Below are positions 1-9,907 of a stretch of 64,000 nt of DNA, in pieces (the first letter of the stretch is position 1; each line of letters opens with the position of its first letter). Under the pieces are notes generated by a model that saw only the letters and a list, made by a program, of their open reading frames with translations, searched no databases and had not been told where the DNA came from. Made by a program: the position numbers and the translations under genes. This DNA is from Alphaproteobacteria bacterium. Its GTDB lineage: Bacteria > Pseudomonadota > Alphaproteobacteria > SMXQ01. The DNA lies in the NCBI GenBank assembly GCA_033720855.1, contig JAWWBR010000003.1, positions 3,614 through 67,613 on the forward strand, written 5' to 3'.

Positions 1-114
1 ATGGACGACCTCAAGGCCCACGAGGAAATGTGGCGCAACTTCGTGAAACTGATGGCCTGCACGGCCGTCGCCACCGTCGCATGCCTGTCGCTGCTTGCGC
101 TGATTCTGCTCTAG
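1..114 (+). CDS. small single-pass membrane protein resembling bacterial aa3-type cytochrome c oxidase subunit IV (possibly 5'-partial at the window edge)
   Basis: ATG at nt 1 to TAG at 112-114 encodes MDDLKAHEEMWRNFVKLMACTAVATVACLSLLALILL. It resembles the ~45-aa Paracoccus/Rhodobacter subunit IV (HxE...F.GF...TW..V..A.L.FLAL). Not in the ORF track because it is under 60 aa. Confidence 0.35.
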   Translation: MDDLKAHEEMWRNFVKLMACTAVATVACLSLLALILL

Positions 115-157
115 GGGCTGCCCGAAAATCGGATTGATAGGTGCCATCGATCCGGGC

Positions 158-580
158 TCAGCCGACGATTTCCTCATCGGAAAAGAAGAATGCGATTTCC
201 TGTGCGGCGGTTTCCGGGCCATCGGAGCCGTGCACGGAATTGGCCTCGATGGACTTCGCGAAATCCTTCCTTATGGTGCCGGGATCGGCCTCGGCCGGAT
301 TGGTGGCTCCCATGATTTCGCGGTTTCGGGCAATGGCATCGTCGCCCTCCAGCACCTGGACCACCACAGGCCCCGACGTCATGAAGGTGCACAGATCGTC
401 GAAAAACGGCCGCTCCTTATGAACACTGTAAAATCGCTCAGCCTGCTCGCGGGTGAGGCGCAGGCGCTTTTGCGCGACGATTCTCAATCCCGCCTTCTCG
501 AACCTAGCGCAGATTTCTCCGGTCAGATTGCGTTCGGTCGCATCGGGCTTGATGATGGAAAGGGTGCGTTCAAGGGCCAT
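158..580 (-). CDS. ndk: nucleoside diphosphate kinase
   Basis: [14 protein letters not shown]...NSVHGSD is the classic Ndk signature. The true ATG is at 580 (verified in sequence), internal to the longer track ORF 158..688. Confidence 0.9.
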   Translation of the reverse strand: MALERTLSIIKPDATERNLTGEICARFEKAGLRIVAQKRLRLTREQAERFYSVHKERPFFDDLCTFMTSGPVVVQVLEGDDAIARNREIMGATNPAEADPGTIRKDFAKSIEANSVHGSDGPETAAQEIAFFFSDEEIVG

Positions 581-692
581 GAATCCGGAACTCCATAACG
601 AATTTGCGGGGCGCTTATAGACGGAACCGACGGCGAGGGCAAGTCGCGGTGGGTCAGCCCACCCCTCACGACCTGAGCCGCCCCACATGCTC

Positions 693-1154
693 TCACAGCT
701 CCTGCTTTTCCCATCCGCCGCGCTCGCCCTGGCGCCAGTAGGTCAGGTCGTGGCCCGCCTCCTTGTAGGACACCCAGTGCCGCCGCGCCATCTCCAGTGC
801 GGCATCGTCGCGCCCGTCGAAGATCTCGAGGCAGCGTGCATACTCGCCGATCGCACCCGATTCGGCGCCATCCGTCAGAAACAGGACCTCGGCACCGGCC
901 GGATTGTCCTCATCCACGGTCAGCCAGATCGGCTGATCGGGCCCATGGCCGTCCTTGGCCGATCCGTGGGGCAGAAACGACCCCTGATCATATGTCCACA
1001 GTGCCGCATTCAAGGATTCGAGGCGCTCCTCCGAAGCCGCCTTAACCACGGCACGGAATCCGGCAGAGAGCGCTTTTTCCAGCAGCTGCGCCAGGGCCGC
1101 TTCGAGGCTCGAGCGCTCGAGGTGGTAAAAGGAAACCTGGGTCACCTGAAACAC
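693..1154 (-). CDS. holC: DNA polymerase III chi subunit
   Basis: ~150 aa protein with FYhL...ERL..LN..LW...F.PH pattern, located immediately downstream of pepA as in many proteobacteria. Confidence 0.7.
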   Translation of the reverse strand: MFQVTQVSFYHLERSSLEAALAQLLEKALSAGFRAVVKAASEERLESLNAALWTYDQGSFLPHGSAKDGHGPDQPIWLTVDEDNPAGAEVLFLTDGAESGAIGEYARCLEIFDGRDDAALEMARRHWVSYKEAGHDLTYWRQGERGGWEKQEL

Positions 1155-1167
1155 CCTCTGTGGCGCG

Positions 1168-2682
1168 TCAGCGGCCTTCGTAGTGATCGGTCACCAGACG
1201 GTCGAGCAGGCGCACACCGAATCCCGTTCCCCCAGGTTCGGCCGTATCGGCGCCCTCCTTCGACCATGTCACTCCGGCGATATCGAGATGGGCCCAGGGC
1301 ACCTTGTTGACGAACCTCTGCAGGAACTGCGCCGCGGTAATTGAACCGGCGCCTCCCCCCGACGAAATGTTCTGAACGTCGGCCGCCTTGGAATCCATCA
1401 TCCTGTCGTAGGCGTCATCCAACGGCATACGCCACAGCTTTTCGCCCACCGCCAAGCCGGCCGCCGTGAGCCGCTCGGCGAGCTCGTCATCGTTTGAGAA
1501 CAGGCCGGCGTGATAGGCGCCCAGACTGACGATAATGGCTCCGGTCAAGGTTGCGAGATTGACCATGAAGCGAGGTTTGAAACGCTTTTGGCAATACCAC
1601 AGCGCATCGGCAAGAACGAGCCGTCCTTCCGCATCGGTATTGAGCACTTCTATGGTCTGCCCCGAATAGGACTTGACGATGTCGCCGGGCCTTTGGGCCG
1701 AACCCGATGGCATGTTCTCCACCAGTCCGACCACGCCAACCGCATTGACCTTGGCCTTTCGGGCAGCGAGCGCATGCATCAATCCGATGACCACGCCGGC
1801 GCCCCCCATATCCCACTTCATGTCCTCCATTCCACGCGAGGGCTTGATGGAAATGCCCCCGGAATCGAAGGTTACGCCTTTCCCGATGAACGCCACCGGC
1901 TGGGCCGACTTACCCTGTCGCGGACCGCCATTCCAGCGCATGACCACCATCCTTGGTGGGTGAGCGCTGCCTTGGCCCACGCCAAGGAGAGCGCCAAACC
2001 CGAGGGCCTTCATTTTCTTTTCGTCGAAGACCTCGACTCTCACGCCCAATTTGGAGAGCTTGCGGGCCTGTGCGGCAAGAGTCTGGGGATAAAGCACGTT
2101 GCTGGGCTCGGACACCAGATCGCGAGTGAGAAAGACGCCATCGGCGACCGCATCAAGGCGCGAAAACCGCCGTCGGGCGGCGGCGGTATCGGTCACGCCG
2201 ATATCGAGACGGGTGAGTTTGGGCTTATCTTCCTTCTTTTCCTTGGTTCGGTATTTGTCGAACCGGTAGGAGCGCAAGCGCGCGCCAACCGCAAAATGCG
2301 CGGCAAGATCGGCGACGGCGACCTTGCAGCCGGTCGGGGCTTCGATCAGCGCGACCGCCCGATTGTCATCGGCACGATTCAACGCGGCGACGGCAAGCCC
2401 CCCCGCTCGCTCGGCGATGAGATCCGTCACTTCCCCGGGTTTCCCCAGGCCGACCACCACGACACGGCTGATCTTCTTACGGCCGGGGGCGAGGACCACC
2501 TCGTTTTGGCCCGCTTTGCCCTTGAAACGGGATGCCGCCAACGCCCGGCGAATGGCTCCGCCAAGGGACCGGTCGAGGGATCGACCAAGTGCCGTCAGCT
2601 TAGGCGCGGATTTGTCCTCGCACGCCAAAATGATCACTGCGTCCTTTTCGGGCACTGCGGGCTTGGAAAACGCAATCCTCAT
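1168..2682 (-). CDS. pepA: leucyl aminopeptidase (M17)
   Basis: NTDAEGRLVLADALWY M17 active-site motif; 504 aa. Confidence 0.9.
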   Translation of the reverse strand: MRIAFSKPAVPEKDAVIILACEDKSAPKLTALGRSLDRSLGGAIRRALAASRFKGKAGQNEVVLAPGRKKISRVVVVGLGKPGEVTDLIAERAGGLAVAALNRADDNRAVALIEAPTGCKVAVADLAAHFAVGARLRSYRFDKYRTKEKKEDKPKLTRLDIGVTDTAAARRRFSRLDAVADGVFLTRDLVSEPSNVLYPQTLAAQARKLSKLGVRVEVFDEKKMKALGFGALLGVGQGSAHPPRMVVMRWNGGPRQGKSAQPVAFIGKGVTFDSGGISIKPSRGMEDMKWDMGGAGVVIGLMHALAARKAKVNAVGVVGLVENMPSGSAQRPGDIVKSYSGQTIEVLNTDAEGRLVLADALWYCQKRFKPRFMVNLATLTGAIIVSLGAYHAGLFSNDDELAERLTAAGLAVGEKLWRMPLDDAYDRMMDSKAADVQNISSGGGAGSITAAQFLQRFVNKVPWAHLDIAGVTWSKEGADTAEPGGTGFGVRLLDRLVTDHYEGR

Positions 2683-2965
2683 GCGTCACTCTCCTAAAGA
2701 TATCGTCGAACGGCCTGGCGCCGGGCCGGGAGTCTAACGGGATGAGGGGCAAAAATCTAATTTTAGAAGCCATCCCAGGCCGGAGCGCTTAGCCTGCCAG
2801 GGACGTGACCCCGGCTCCTCGGAAGCCGCCGCCCGGACGCAGGCGCGGCCGGTTCATCGGTCCGGGGAAAAGGAAAAGACTCGGAGGAGATCCCAGTCGC
2901 GGCGGGTTTGCCTCGGCCGCTTCCAAATGATGGCGGTCCCCGCCCCTCCCGCTATAATGCGGCCG

Positions 2966-4117
2966 ATGAACCACATGTTTCGCTATATGCTGCGCCAACT
3001 GCTCTGGCCACTGTTTTTCGCGGTTTTCATCGTGTCCGGAATCATCTGGATGTCGCAGTCACTGCGGTTCGTGGACCTCGTCCTCAATCGCGGGCTTCCG
3101 GCATACAACATGTTCTATCTCGCCTTCCTTGTCCTGCCCATGTACACCTCGGTGTTCCTACCCATCATCCTGTTTGCGGTGATGCTGTTCGCCTACACCA
3201 AGATGAATCAGGACAGTGAACTGGTGATTTGGCGGAGTTGCGGCAAAGGGCCGCTGGCTTTGGCGGCCCCCGGATTGTCGGCGGCGGTGGTGGTCATGAT
3301 TCTGTGCTACGCATTGAATGTTTATTACATGCCGAAAGCGTACCGGGAGTTCAAAGACCTCCAGACTTCGATCCGCCAAAACTATTCAGAAATTCTGTTG
3401 CGCGAAGGGGCCTTCAACGAGGTCGGCCGCAGCCTGACCATCTATGTCGGTGAGCGCGCTGCCAACGGTGAGCTTCGCGGCCTGCTCGTCTACGATCGCC
3501 GCGACGAACTCAATCCCGTCACCATGATGGCCGAGCGTGGGGCGCTGGTTCGCACGGAATTGGGACCGCGCGTCATCATGGTCAAGGGAAATCGGCAGAC
3601 CTTTAAAAGGACGCAGGACAAACTGACAATCCTATATTTCGATCGATACACTCTGGACCTGTCATTGACGCCGACGCGAGCGCGGGAGCGCGACCGGCAG
3701 GCCCGTGAGCGCTACCTCCATGAGCTGTTCGGGGCCGGTGATTCGAAGGGGGAATCGACATATGAAAAGAACCAGCGCCTGAGCTTTCTTGCCGAGGGGC
3801 ACCAGAGACTTGCCGCACCCTTGCTTGCCATGGCCTTCGCCTTGATCGCCCTGGTCACGGCGCTGACGGGGGACTTCAATAGGCGCGGTCAAGGCGTTCG
3901 GGTCAGTTTAGCCTGCGCCGTCATCGTTCTCGTTCAGACGCTCAACATCGGTCTGTACCATACGGCCGCCACCACCCCCTCGGTAGTGCCGCTGATGTAT
4001 TTGTTGCCGATCTGCGCGATCGGCATTTCGCTCTGGCTTCTGTTGCGGTCCCCTCGCAGAAGCGGGACACCAGCGTTACGCGGCAAAGGTTTAGGTGAGA
4101 TGAGGTCCGAGGCATGA
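2966..4117 (+). CDS. lptF: LPS export ABC permease LptF (YjgP/YjgQ family)
   Basis: FRYMLRQLLWPLFF N-terminus and multi-TM YjgP/YjgQ architecture. The stop overlaps the lptG start (ATGA). The start is ambiguous: ATGs at 2927, 2966 and 2975. A TATAAT hexamer at 2953-2958 argues against 2927. Confidence 0.75.
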   Translation: MNHMFRYMLRQLLWPLFFAVFIVSGIIWMSQSLRFVDLVLNRGLPAYNMFYLAFLVLPMYTSVFLPIILFAVMLFAYTKMNQDSELVIWRSCGKGPLALAAPGLSAAVVVMILCYALNVYYMPKAYREFKDLQTSIRQNYSEILLREGAFNEVGRSLTIYVGERAANGELRGLLVYDRRDELNPVTMMAERGALVRTELGPRVIMVKGNRQTFKRTQDKLTILYFDRYTLDLSLTPTRARERDRQARERYLHELFGAGDSKGESTYEKNQRLSFLAEGHQRLAAPLLAMAFALIALVTALTGDFNRRGQGVRVSLACAVIVLVQTLNIGLYHTAATTPSVVPLMYLLPICAIGISLWLLLRSPRRSGTPALRGKGLGEMRSEA

Positions 4118-5220
4118 CGCATCAGGCCCGCCTGTCCAGGACCCTGTCGCGGTACATCGCCATTCGCTTTGCCGGCAGTTTTCTCCTGGTCCTGGCAGCC
4201 CTTGGCGGCATCGTCCTTCTTGGCGAAATCGTGGAGCTGCTGCGCAGGGCGAGTTCGCGACCCGAGGTGACGTTCCAGCTGGTCATGGAAATGGCCATCC
4301 TGAAATTCCCCCACTCCCTCGAACAGGTCGTTCCTTTCGTAACCCTATTCGGAGGGATGCTCGTGTTTTGGCGGCTCACGCGCAACAGCGAACTGATCGT
4401 CGCCAGGGCCTCGGGATTCTCGGTCTGGCAGTTTCTCGCCCCTGCGGTCACCATGGCGGTTCTGATCGGGGTATTTTTCATCGCCGCGATAAATCCGCTT
4501 GGCTCGACCATGCAGCTTCGGTTCGAGCAGCTCGAGGGCGACCATTTCAAGGGCCGGACCTCGGATCTCGCGATTTCGCGCTCAGGAATGTGGCTGCGCC
4601 AGAGCGGCAAGACGGGTAAATCGGTCATCCATTCGCCCCGAATAAATCCCGTGGACATGACCCTGCGCACGGTCACGGTCTACCTGTTCGATGAGAAAGA
4701 TCAATTTTCCGGGCGCCTGGATGCGCCCGAGGCGCGCCTTACGCCCGGGCGATGGGAACTTAAGGATGTCATGGTCACGAAACCCGGCAAACCCCAGGAG
4801 CGCCAGGCCAGCTATACGCTGCCTACCGATTGGACCACAGCCAAAATCAAAGATAGCTTCTCGCCGCCGGAGACGCTCTCCTTTTGGCACCTTCCGGGCT
4901 TCATCGCGGTGTTGGATAAGGCCGGATTTACGGCAACCCGGCATCGAGTCCACTGGCATTCGCTTCTCGCGATTCCGCTCATGCTCGGCGCCATGGTAAT
5001 GGTGGCGGCGTGCTTTTCTCTCCGCATCGCCCGCCGCGGCGGGGTCGCGCTCGTTATCGGCGCCGGCATTCTTTTTACGTTTTTCATCCTGTTCCTGACG
5101 GACGTGGTTCACGCGCTGGGGCTGGCCGATACAATTCCTGCGGCGCTCGCTGCCTGGACACCGGCTGGGGTCACGTTGCTGACCGGACTTTCGATCCTGC
5201 TCTACATCGAGGAAGGGTAA
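4114..5220 (+). CDS. lptG: LPS export ABC permease LptG
   Basis: YjgP/YjgQ-family paralogue (RYIAIRFAGSF...), translationally coupled to lptF. Confidence 0.8.
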   Translation: MTHQARLSRTLSRYIAIRFAGSFLLVLAALGGIVLLGEIVELLRRASSRPEVTFQLVMEMAILKFPHSLEQVVPFVTLFGGMLVFWRLTRNSELIVARASGFSVWQFLAPAVTMAVLIGVFFIAAINPLGSTMQLRFEQLEGDHFKGRTSDLAISRSGMWLRQSGKTGKSVIHSPRINPVDMTLRTVTVYLFDEKDQFSGRLDAPEARLTPGRWELKDVMVTKPGKPQERQASYTLPTDWTTAKIKDSFSPPETLSFWHLPGFIAVLDKAGFTATRHRVHWHSLLAIPLMLGAMVMVAACFSLRIARRGGVALVIGAGILFTFFILFLTDVVHALGLADTIPAALAAWTPAGVTLLTGLSILLYIEEG

Positions 5221-5238
5221 AAGCATGGCGGCGCGCGG

Positions 5239-7437
5239 ATGATGCGCGAGGAGGCGATGGCGCTGGCGAGAAAGGCCCTTTCGGCGGCTGCTTTGGTGGC
5301 TCTGCTGTGGGGCCCGCCGGTCATGGCACAAGCCCCTACGGCCAAAGGCGCGGACAGGTCGGCGCCCGCTGCAAAGATCGAACCCTACGTTATCCTGCGC
5401 GCCGATGAGGTGACGTTCGACGAAAACACCGAGATCGCCACCGCCACCGGAAACGTCGAAATCGCCTATCAAGAACGCATGCTTCGCGCCGATAAAGTGA
5501 CCTATTCGAAAAGGACGGATACCTTTAGCGCTTGGGGCAATGTCGTCGTCGTGGAACCCAACGGCGACGTGATCTTCGGCAATAAGGCGGAATTCACCAA
5601 TCGCTTCAAGGACGGCTTTGTCGAAGGATTTCGAATGCTGTTCGAAGACAATTCCCGCCTCGCCGCGACGGGTGGGCGACGGGTGGGAGGCGTCGTCACC
5701 TCGCTTGCCAAAGCGGTGTATTCCCCATGTGACCTGTGTAAGGAGGATCCGAGCCGGGCGCCACTATGGCGCATTCGGGCGGTCCGCGTGATTCATGACA
5801 ACGTGCGCCAGGACGTCGAGTACAAAGACGCCTTCCTTGAGATCTACGGCGTGCCCATCGCCTATCTTCCCTATTTTTCCCACCCGGGACCGTCGGTCAA
5901 GCGACGCTCGGGTTTTTTGATTCCCACCTACGGCTCGGACAGCGATTTCGGGCTGACCTTACGTGTGCCCTATTTTTGGGCCATCGACCCTTCCCAGGAT
6001 CTTCTCGTCACGCCTGTGATCTACGGCGATGAGTCTCCGCTTCTTGCGGCCGCCTACCGCAGACGTTTTGCCCATGGGGAAATCGCAGTGGACGGCAGTG
6101 TCACGCAACCCGACGACACGACGGGGTTGCCGGATACCCGCGGACATTTCTTCATCGACGGGCGGCACGACATAGATCGCACCTGGAGAGCCAAATATCA
6201 GCTGCAATATGCCAGTGACGACACCTACATGCGCCGCTACGACTTCGACGAACCGGTCAATCAGACCCTGCAATCAAGTTTCAACATTGAAGGTTTCAGG
6301 GGCCATAACTATGCACAGCTTTCCGGGTATCACTTCAAGGGTCTCCGTGAGAGTGACGATTCCGATGAGTTTCCCTTTGTGCTGCCGCTGGCGGAATATC
6401 ACTATGTTTCCAGGCCACGGGCCAAAGGTTCCTACCTGACCGCGCAGGCCAGCGTCATGGCCCTTCATCGCGAGAAGGGATCCGACAGCCGCCGCATCTC
6501 TCTCAAGGGCGGATGGCATCTGCCCTATACGGCGCGAACGGGTGAGGTCTACGAGTTGTCGGCAATAGTGCAGGGTGACCTATACGCCGTGAACGACGTC
6601 GATACCGGTAGCGGCCCCGAGAACGGCGTCACGGGACGGGTCTTTCCCCAAATCGTTGCGAAATGGCGCTATCCTTTTGTACGCAAGGAAAAGAACGGAA
6701 GTCAATTGATCGAGCCGATCGCCGCGGTCGTGCTCGGCCCCAATGGCGGCAATCCTTCTCTGATCCCCAATGAAGACAGCCAGGACGTTGAATTCGACGA
6801 CACCAATCTGTTTTCCGCCAATCGGTTTACCGGCGTCGATAGGGTCGACGGAGGCCAGCGCTTCGTCTACGGCGTGAACTGGGGTCTTTATGGCGACCAT
6901 GGCGGCGCCATCGAGGCATTCCTGGGGCAAAGCTACCATCTTCGGTCCAACAACGAATTCCCGCCTGGGTCGGGATTGCGTGAAAAAGCGTCGGACATCG
7001 TCGGTCGGGTCAGGATTTCCCCGGCGCAGTATTTGGATCTTCTGTACCGCTTCCGATTGGACACGGACGATTTCAAAGCCAAACGCAGCGACGTGAAGCT
7101 ACTGGTGGGACCGAGCTGGCTGCGCGCCAACATAAATTATTTCTTCGTGGATGAAGAAACCGGTAGCGGAGAATTCGGCGACCGCGAGGAAATATCCCTG
7201 GGTCTTACCGGCAAAATCAGCAAGTATTGGACGGCGAGAGCGCATTTGCGGGAGGACTTGACCTCCGATGGTGGGACCATATCCGAGGACATCGGCTTCA
7301 CTTACGCCGACGAATGCTTGACCTTCGATATAAAATTTGAGCGCAGCTTTACCAGGGACCGTGACTTGAAACCAAGAGACACGATATTTTTCCAATTTAT
7401 TTTCAAACACTTGGGCGCCATCAAGGGCACCGGTTGA
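5239..7437 (+). CDS. lptD: LPS-assembly outer membrane protein LptD (OstA)
   Basis: 732 aa with signal peptide, N-terminal OstA domain and large beta-barrel; conserved lptD-surA-pdxA-rsmA synteny. Confidence 0.85.
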   Translation: MMREEAMALARKALSAAALVALLWGPPVMAQAPTAKGADRSAPAAKIEPYVILRADEVTFDENTEIATATGNVEIAYQERMLRADKVTYSKRTDTFSAWGNVVVVEPNGDVIFGNKAEFTNRFKDGFVEGFRMLFEDNSRLAATGGRRVGGVVTSLAKAVYSPCDLCKEDPSRAPLWRIRAVRVIHDNVRQDVEYKDAFLEIYGVPIAYLPYFSHPGPSVKRRSGFLIPTYGSDSDFGLTLRVPYFWAIDPSQDLLVTPVIYGDESPLLAAAYRRRFAHGEIAVDGSVTQPDDTTGLPDTRGHFFIDGRHDIDRTWRAKYQLQYASDDTYMRRYDFDEPVNQTLQSSFNIEGFRGHNYAQLSGYHFKGLRESDDSDEFPFVLPLAEYHYVSRPRAKGSYLTAQASVMALHREKGSDSRRISLKGGWHLPYTARTGEVYELSAIVQGDLYAVNDVDTGSGPENGVTGRVFPQIVAKWRYPFVRKEKNGSQLIEPIAAVVLGPNGGNPSLIPNEDSQDVEFDDTNLFSANRFTGVDRVDGGQRFVYGVNWGLYGDHGGAIEAFLGQSYHLRSNNEFPPGSGLREKASDIVGRVRISPAQYLDLLYRFRLDTDDFKAKRSDVKLLVGPSWLRANINYFFVDEETGSGEFGDREEISLGLTGKISKYWTARAHLREDLTSDGGTISEDIGFTYADECLTFDIKFERSFTRDRDLKPRDTIFFQFIFKHLGAIKGTG

Positions 7438-7511
7438 ATATCTGCTTGAGACCCCTGTATCTTGGTAGAGCTTGCGGCGAAGCTTCCCCCGCAGCAAGGG
7501 TTTGAACGTCT

Positions 7512-8867
7512 ATGGCAGGGATTGGTGTGAACGGCGCGCGCAGTGATATGCAGCCATTTGGGTCGCCGCTGGGCTTGGTGGCCCCGGCATTGCTCGCGGC
7601 ACTCATATTGGCCGCAAGCCCACCGGCTTTCGGCCAAGCCAAGGGCAATGGCGCCCCGGCGCAGCCGGTTGCCGTCCTTGGTATCCTTGCCGTCGTCAAT
7701 GACGAACCGATTTCCGCCTTCGATCTCAGCCAGCGCCTGAACTTCATCATCCGATTGTCCAACCTCAAGGACAACGCCAAGACTCGCCGGGCGCTGGCGC
7801 CTCGTGTATTGCGATCCCTGATCGACGAAACCCTGAAACTCCAGGAAATCAAAAACCAGAATATCACCGTGACGGAGGCGGAAATTCAGCGCGTCATGAG
7901 GCAGTGGGAACGACAGAATCGTCTGCCTCGCGGCCAGCTGCTGCCATTCTTGAAGTCGCGCGGAATTTCACCTTCGACCCTTACCCAGCAGGTGCGGGCA
8001 GCGATTGGCTGGCCGGCGGTAATTCGTCGCAGGTTCATACGGAATATCGTCATCAGCGAAGAAGAGATCGACCGCGCGCTGGAACGATACACCGCTTCTC
8101 TTCAAAAGCCCCGACACAAGGCGGCGGAAATCTTCCTCCCCGTGGAACGGCCCGAGGACGAATCCCGGGTACGAGACAACGCCAATAAGCTCCTCGAAGA
8201 ATTGCGCAGGGGCGCCGATTTTGCCCTTCTCGCGCGCCAGTTTTCGCAGAGCTCATCGGCCATTCGGGGAGGAGACCTCGGCTGGGTCGGCCCCGGGTTG
8301 CTGCCTCCGGAAGTCGAATCGGTCTTGGAAAAACTGCCAGTGGGAACGATTTCCAAACCGATCCGCTCGGCCACCGGCTATCACCTAATTTTTCTCCGCG
8401 AGCGGCGCGCGGCCGACGCAGTGACCGGCCAGGACGCGACCGTCGTTTTGCGCCAGATTTTGCTGCCGGTTCCGGACAGTGCCCCGCCATCGGCATGGGA
8501 AAGTCAGGCCAATCTCGCCAAGACGATAAAAGACACGGCGACCGGCTGCGCCGATTTCGACACCATCTCCAAGGAGCTGGGATCGACCCTTTCCGGAAAC
8601 CTTGGCCGTATCAAGGTCCGGGAGTTACCGGCGCAAATCCGGGGCCTCGTTGCAACCATCCCCATCGGGGTTGCGTCTGATCCTCAACGGGTCGAGGGCG
8701 GCCTGCGGGTGATCATGGTCTGTGCCCGGACCGGCAAGGCGAGCGGCCCGCCGACACGGGCCCAAATTCGGCGGATGCTGCAGGTTCGGCAGCTCGAGGT
8801 TCGAGCCCGGCACTATCTCCGGGACCTACGCCAAGAGGCATTCATAGACATACGGTCGCCACGGTGA
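7512..8867 (+). CDS. surA: periplasmic chaperone / peptidyl-prolyl isomerase SurA
   Basis: Signal peptide, SurA N-domain and parvulin domain (GYHLIFL); synteny. The start could be the internal ATG at 7548. Confidence 0.85.
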   Translation: MAGIGVNGARSDMQPFGSPLGLVAPALLAALILAASPPAFGQAKGNGAPAQPVAVLGILAVVNDEPISAFDLSQRLNFIIRLSNLKDNAKTRRALAPRVLRSLIDETLKLQEIKNQNITVTEAEIQRVMRQWERQNRLPRGQLLPFLKSRGISPSTLTQQVRAAIGWPAVIRRRFIRNIVISEEEIDRALERYTASLQKPRHKAAEIFLPVERPEDESRVRDNANKLLEELRRGADFALLARQFSQSSSAIRGGDLGWVGPGLLPPEVESVLEKLPVGTISKPIRSATGYHLIFLRERRAADAVTGQDATVVLRQILLPVPDSAPPSAWESQANLAKTIKDTATGCADFDTISKELGSTLSGNLGRIKVRELPAQIRGLVATIPIGVASDPQRVEGGLRVIMVCARTGKASGPPTRAQIRRMLQVRQLEVRARHYLRDLRQEAFIDIRSPR

Positions 8868-9907
8868 GTTCCTCCCGTCCGCCGCTCGCACTGACCATGG
8901 GTGAACCCGCCGGCATCGGCGGTGAAATCACCCTTAAGGCGTGGCTTGCCGAAAGGCGCTCCGGTCAACCGTTTTTTGTGATCGACGATCCCGATCGCCT
9001 CGAGGCGTTGGCGCGGCACCTCGCTTTGCCGGTTCCCATCTCCGTCATCAGGCAGCCCGCGGAGGCAAACTCGGCTTTTGCCCGGGCCCTTCCCGTTCTC
9101 CTGCAGCCGCTGCCCCGACAGGTCGAACCCGGCAAGCCCAACCCGTCCAACGCGCAAGCGGTATTGGAGTCGATTCGCCGGGCGGTCGCGGTGACGAGTT
9201 CGGGAGATGCGGCAGCGGTGGTGACCAACCCAATTCACAAGAAAAGCCTTGCCGAGGCGGGTTTTGGCCATCCCGGCCATACCGAGTTCCTCGCCGACCT
9301 CACGGGCACCAGCGAACCCGTCATGATGCTTGCCTGCCCCGGTTTGCGTGTCGTCCCTCTGACGGTCCATGCCCCCCTTAAGCAGGCCATCGGCCAACTC
9401 AACACGGAAATGATCGTCGCCAAAGGACGGATCACGGCCGCCGCGCTGCGCCGCGATTTCGCGGTGCCCGTCCCCCGTTTGGCCATTGCCGGGCTCAATC
9501 CCCATGCGGGCGAAGACGGAATGCTGGGCCGCGAAGAGGCTGACATCATCATCCCGGCGGTCGAGCGGCTCCGTGGCGACGGTCTGGTCGTGAGCGGGCC
9601 GGCCCCCGCGGACAGCCTATTTCATGCCGGCGTCCGCGATACCTATGACGCCGTGCTCTGCATGTATCACGATCAAGCCTTGATTCCGCTCAAGACGATC
9701 GATTTTGATCACGGCGTTGATATTACCCTCGGCTTGCCGTTGGTGCGCACTTCGCCGGATCATGGCACGGCATTCGATATCGCCGGCCAGGGGACGGCAC
9801 GGGAAACGAGCCTCCTCGCGGCGCTTCGACTCGCCCGACTGATGGCGGCGAACCGGGAGGCCGCGGGGCGGCAGCGCCGCGGCGAAAGACGCGCCCTTGC
9901 GCCCTAG
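8864..9907 (+). CDS. pdxA: 4-hydroxythreonine-4-phosphate dehydrogenase
   Basis: LALTMGEPAGIGGEI...GHTEFLA...TSPDHGTAFDIAG; overlaps surA and rsmA. Confidence 0.9.
   Translation: MSSSRPPLALTMGEPAGIGGEITLKAWLAERRSGQPFFVIDDPDRLEALARHLALPVPISVIRQPAEANSAFARALPVLLQPLPRQVEPGKPNPSNAQAVLESIRRAVAVTSSGDAAAVVTNPIHKKSLAEAGFGHPGHTEFLADLTGTSEPVMMLACPGLRVVPLTVHAPLKQAIGQLNTEMIVAKGRITAAALRRDFAVPVPRLAIAGLNPHAGEDGMLGREEADIIIPAVERLRGDGLVVSGPAPADSLFHAGVRDTYDAVLCMYHDQALIPLKTIDFDHGVDITLGLPLVRTSPDHGTAFDIAGQGTARETSLLAALRLARLMAANREAAGRQRRGERRALAP

Noticed and set aside
1510-2697. 395-aa + strand ORF
   Set aside because: Antisense to pepA, which carries the unmistakable NTDAEGRL motif. Low-complexity translation.
4582-5472. 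296-aa minus-strand ORF
   Set aside because: Antisense to lptG/lptD.
7438-7511. possible terminator hairpin (AGCTT-GCGGCG-AAGCT) between lptD and surA
   Set aside because: Only a 5-bp AT-containing stem with no U-tract; lptD-surA are normally co-transcribed.
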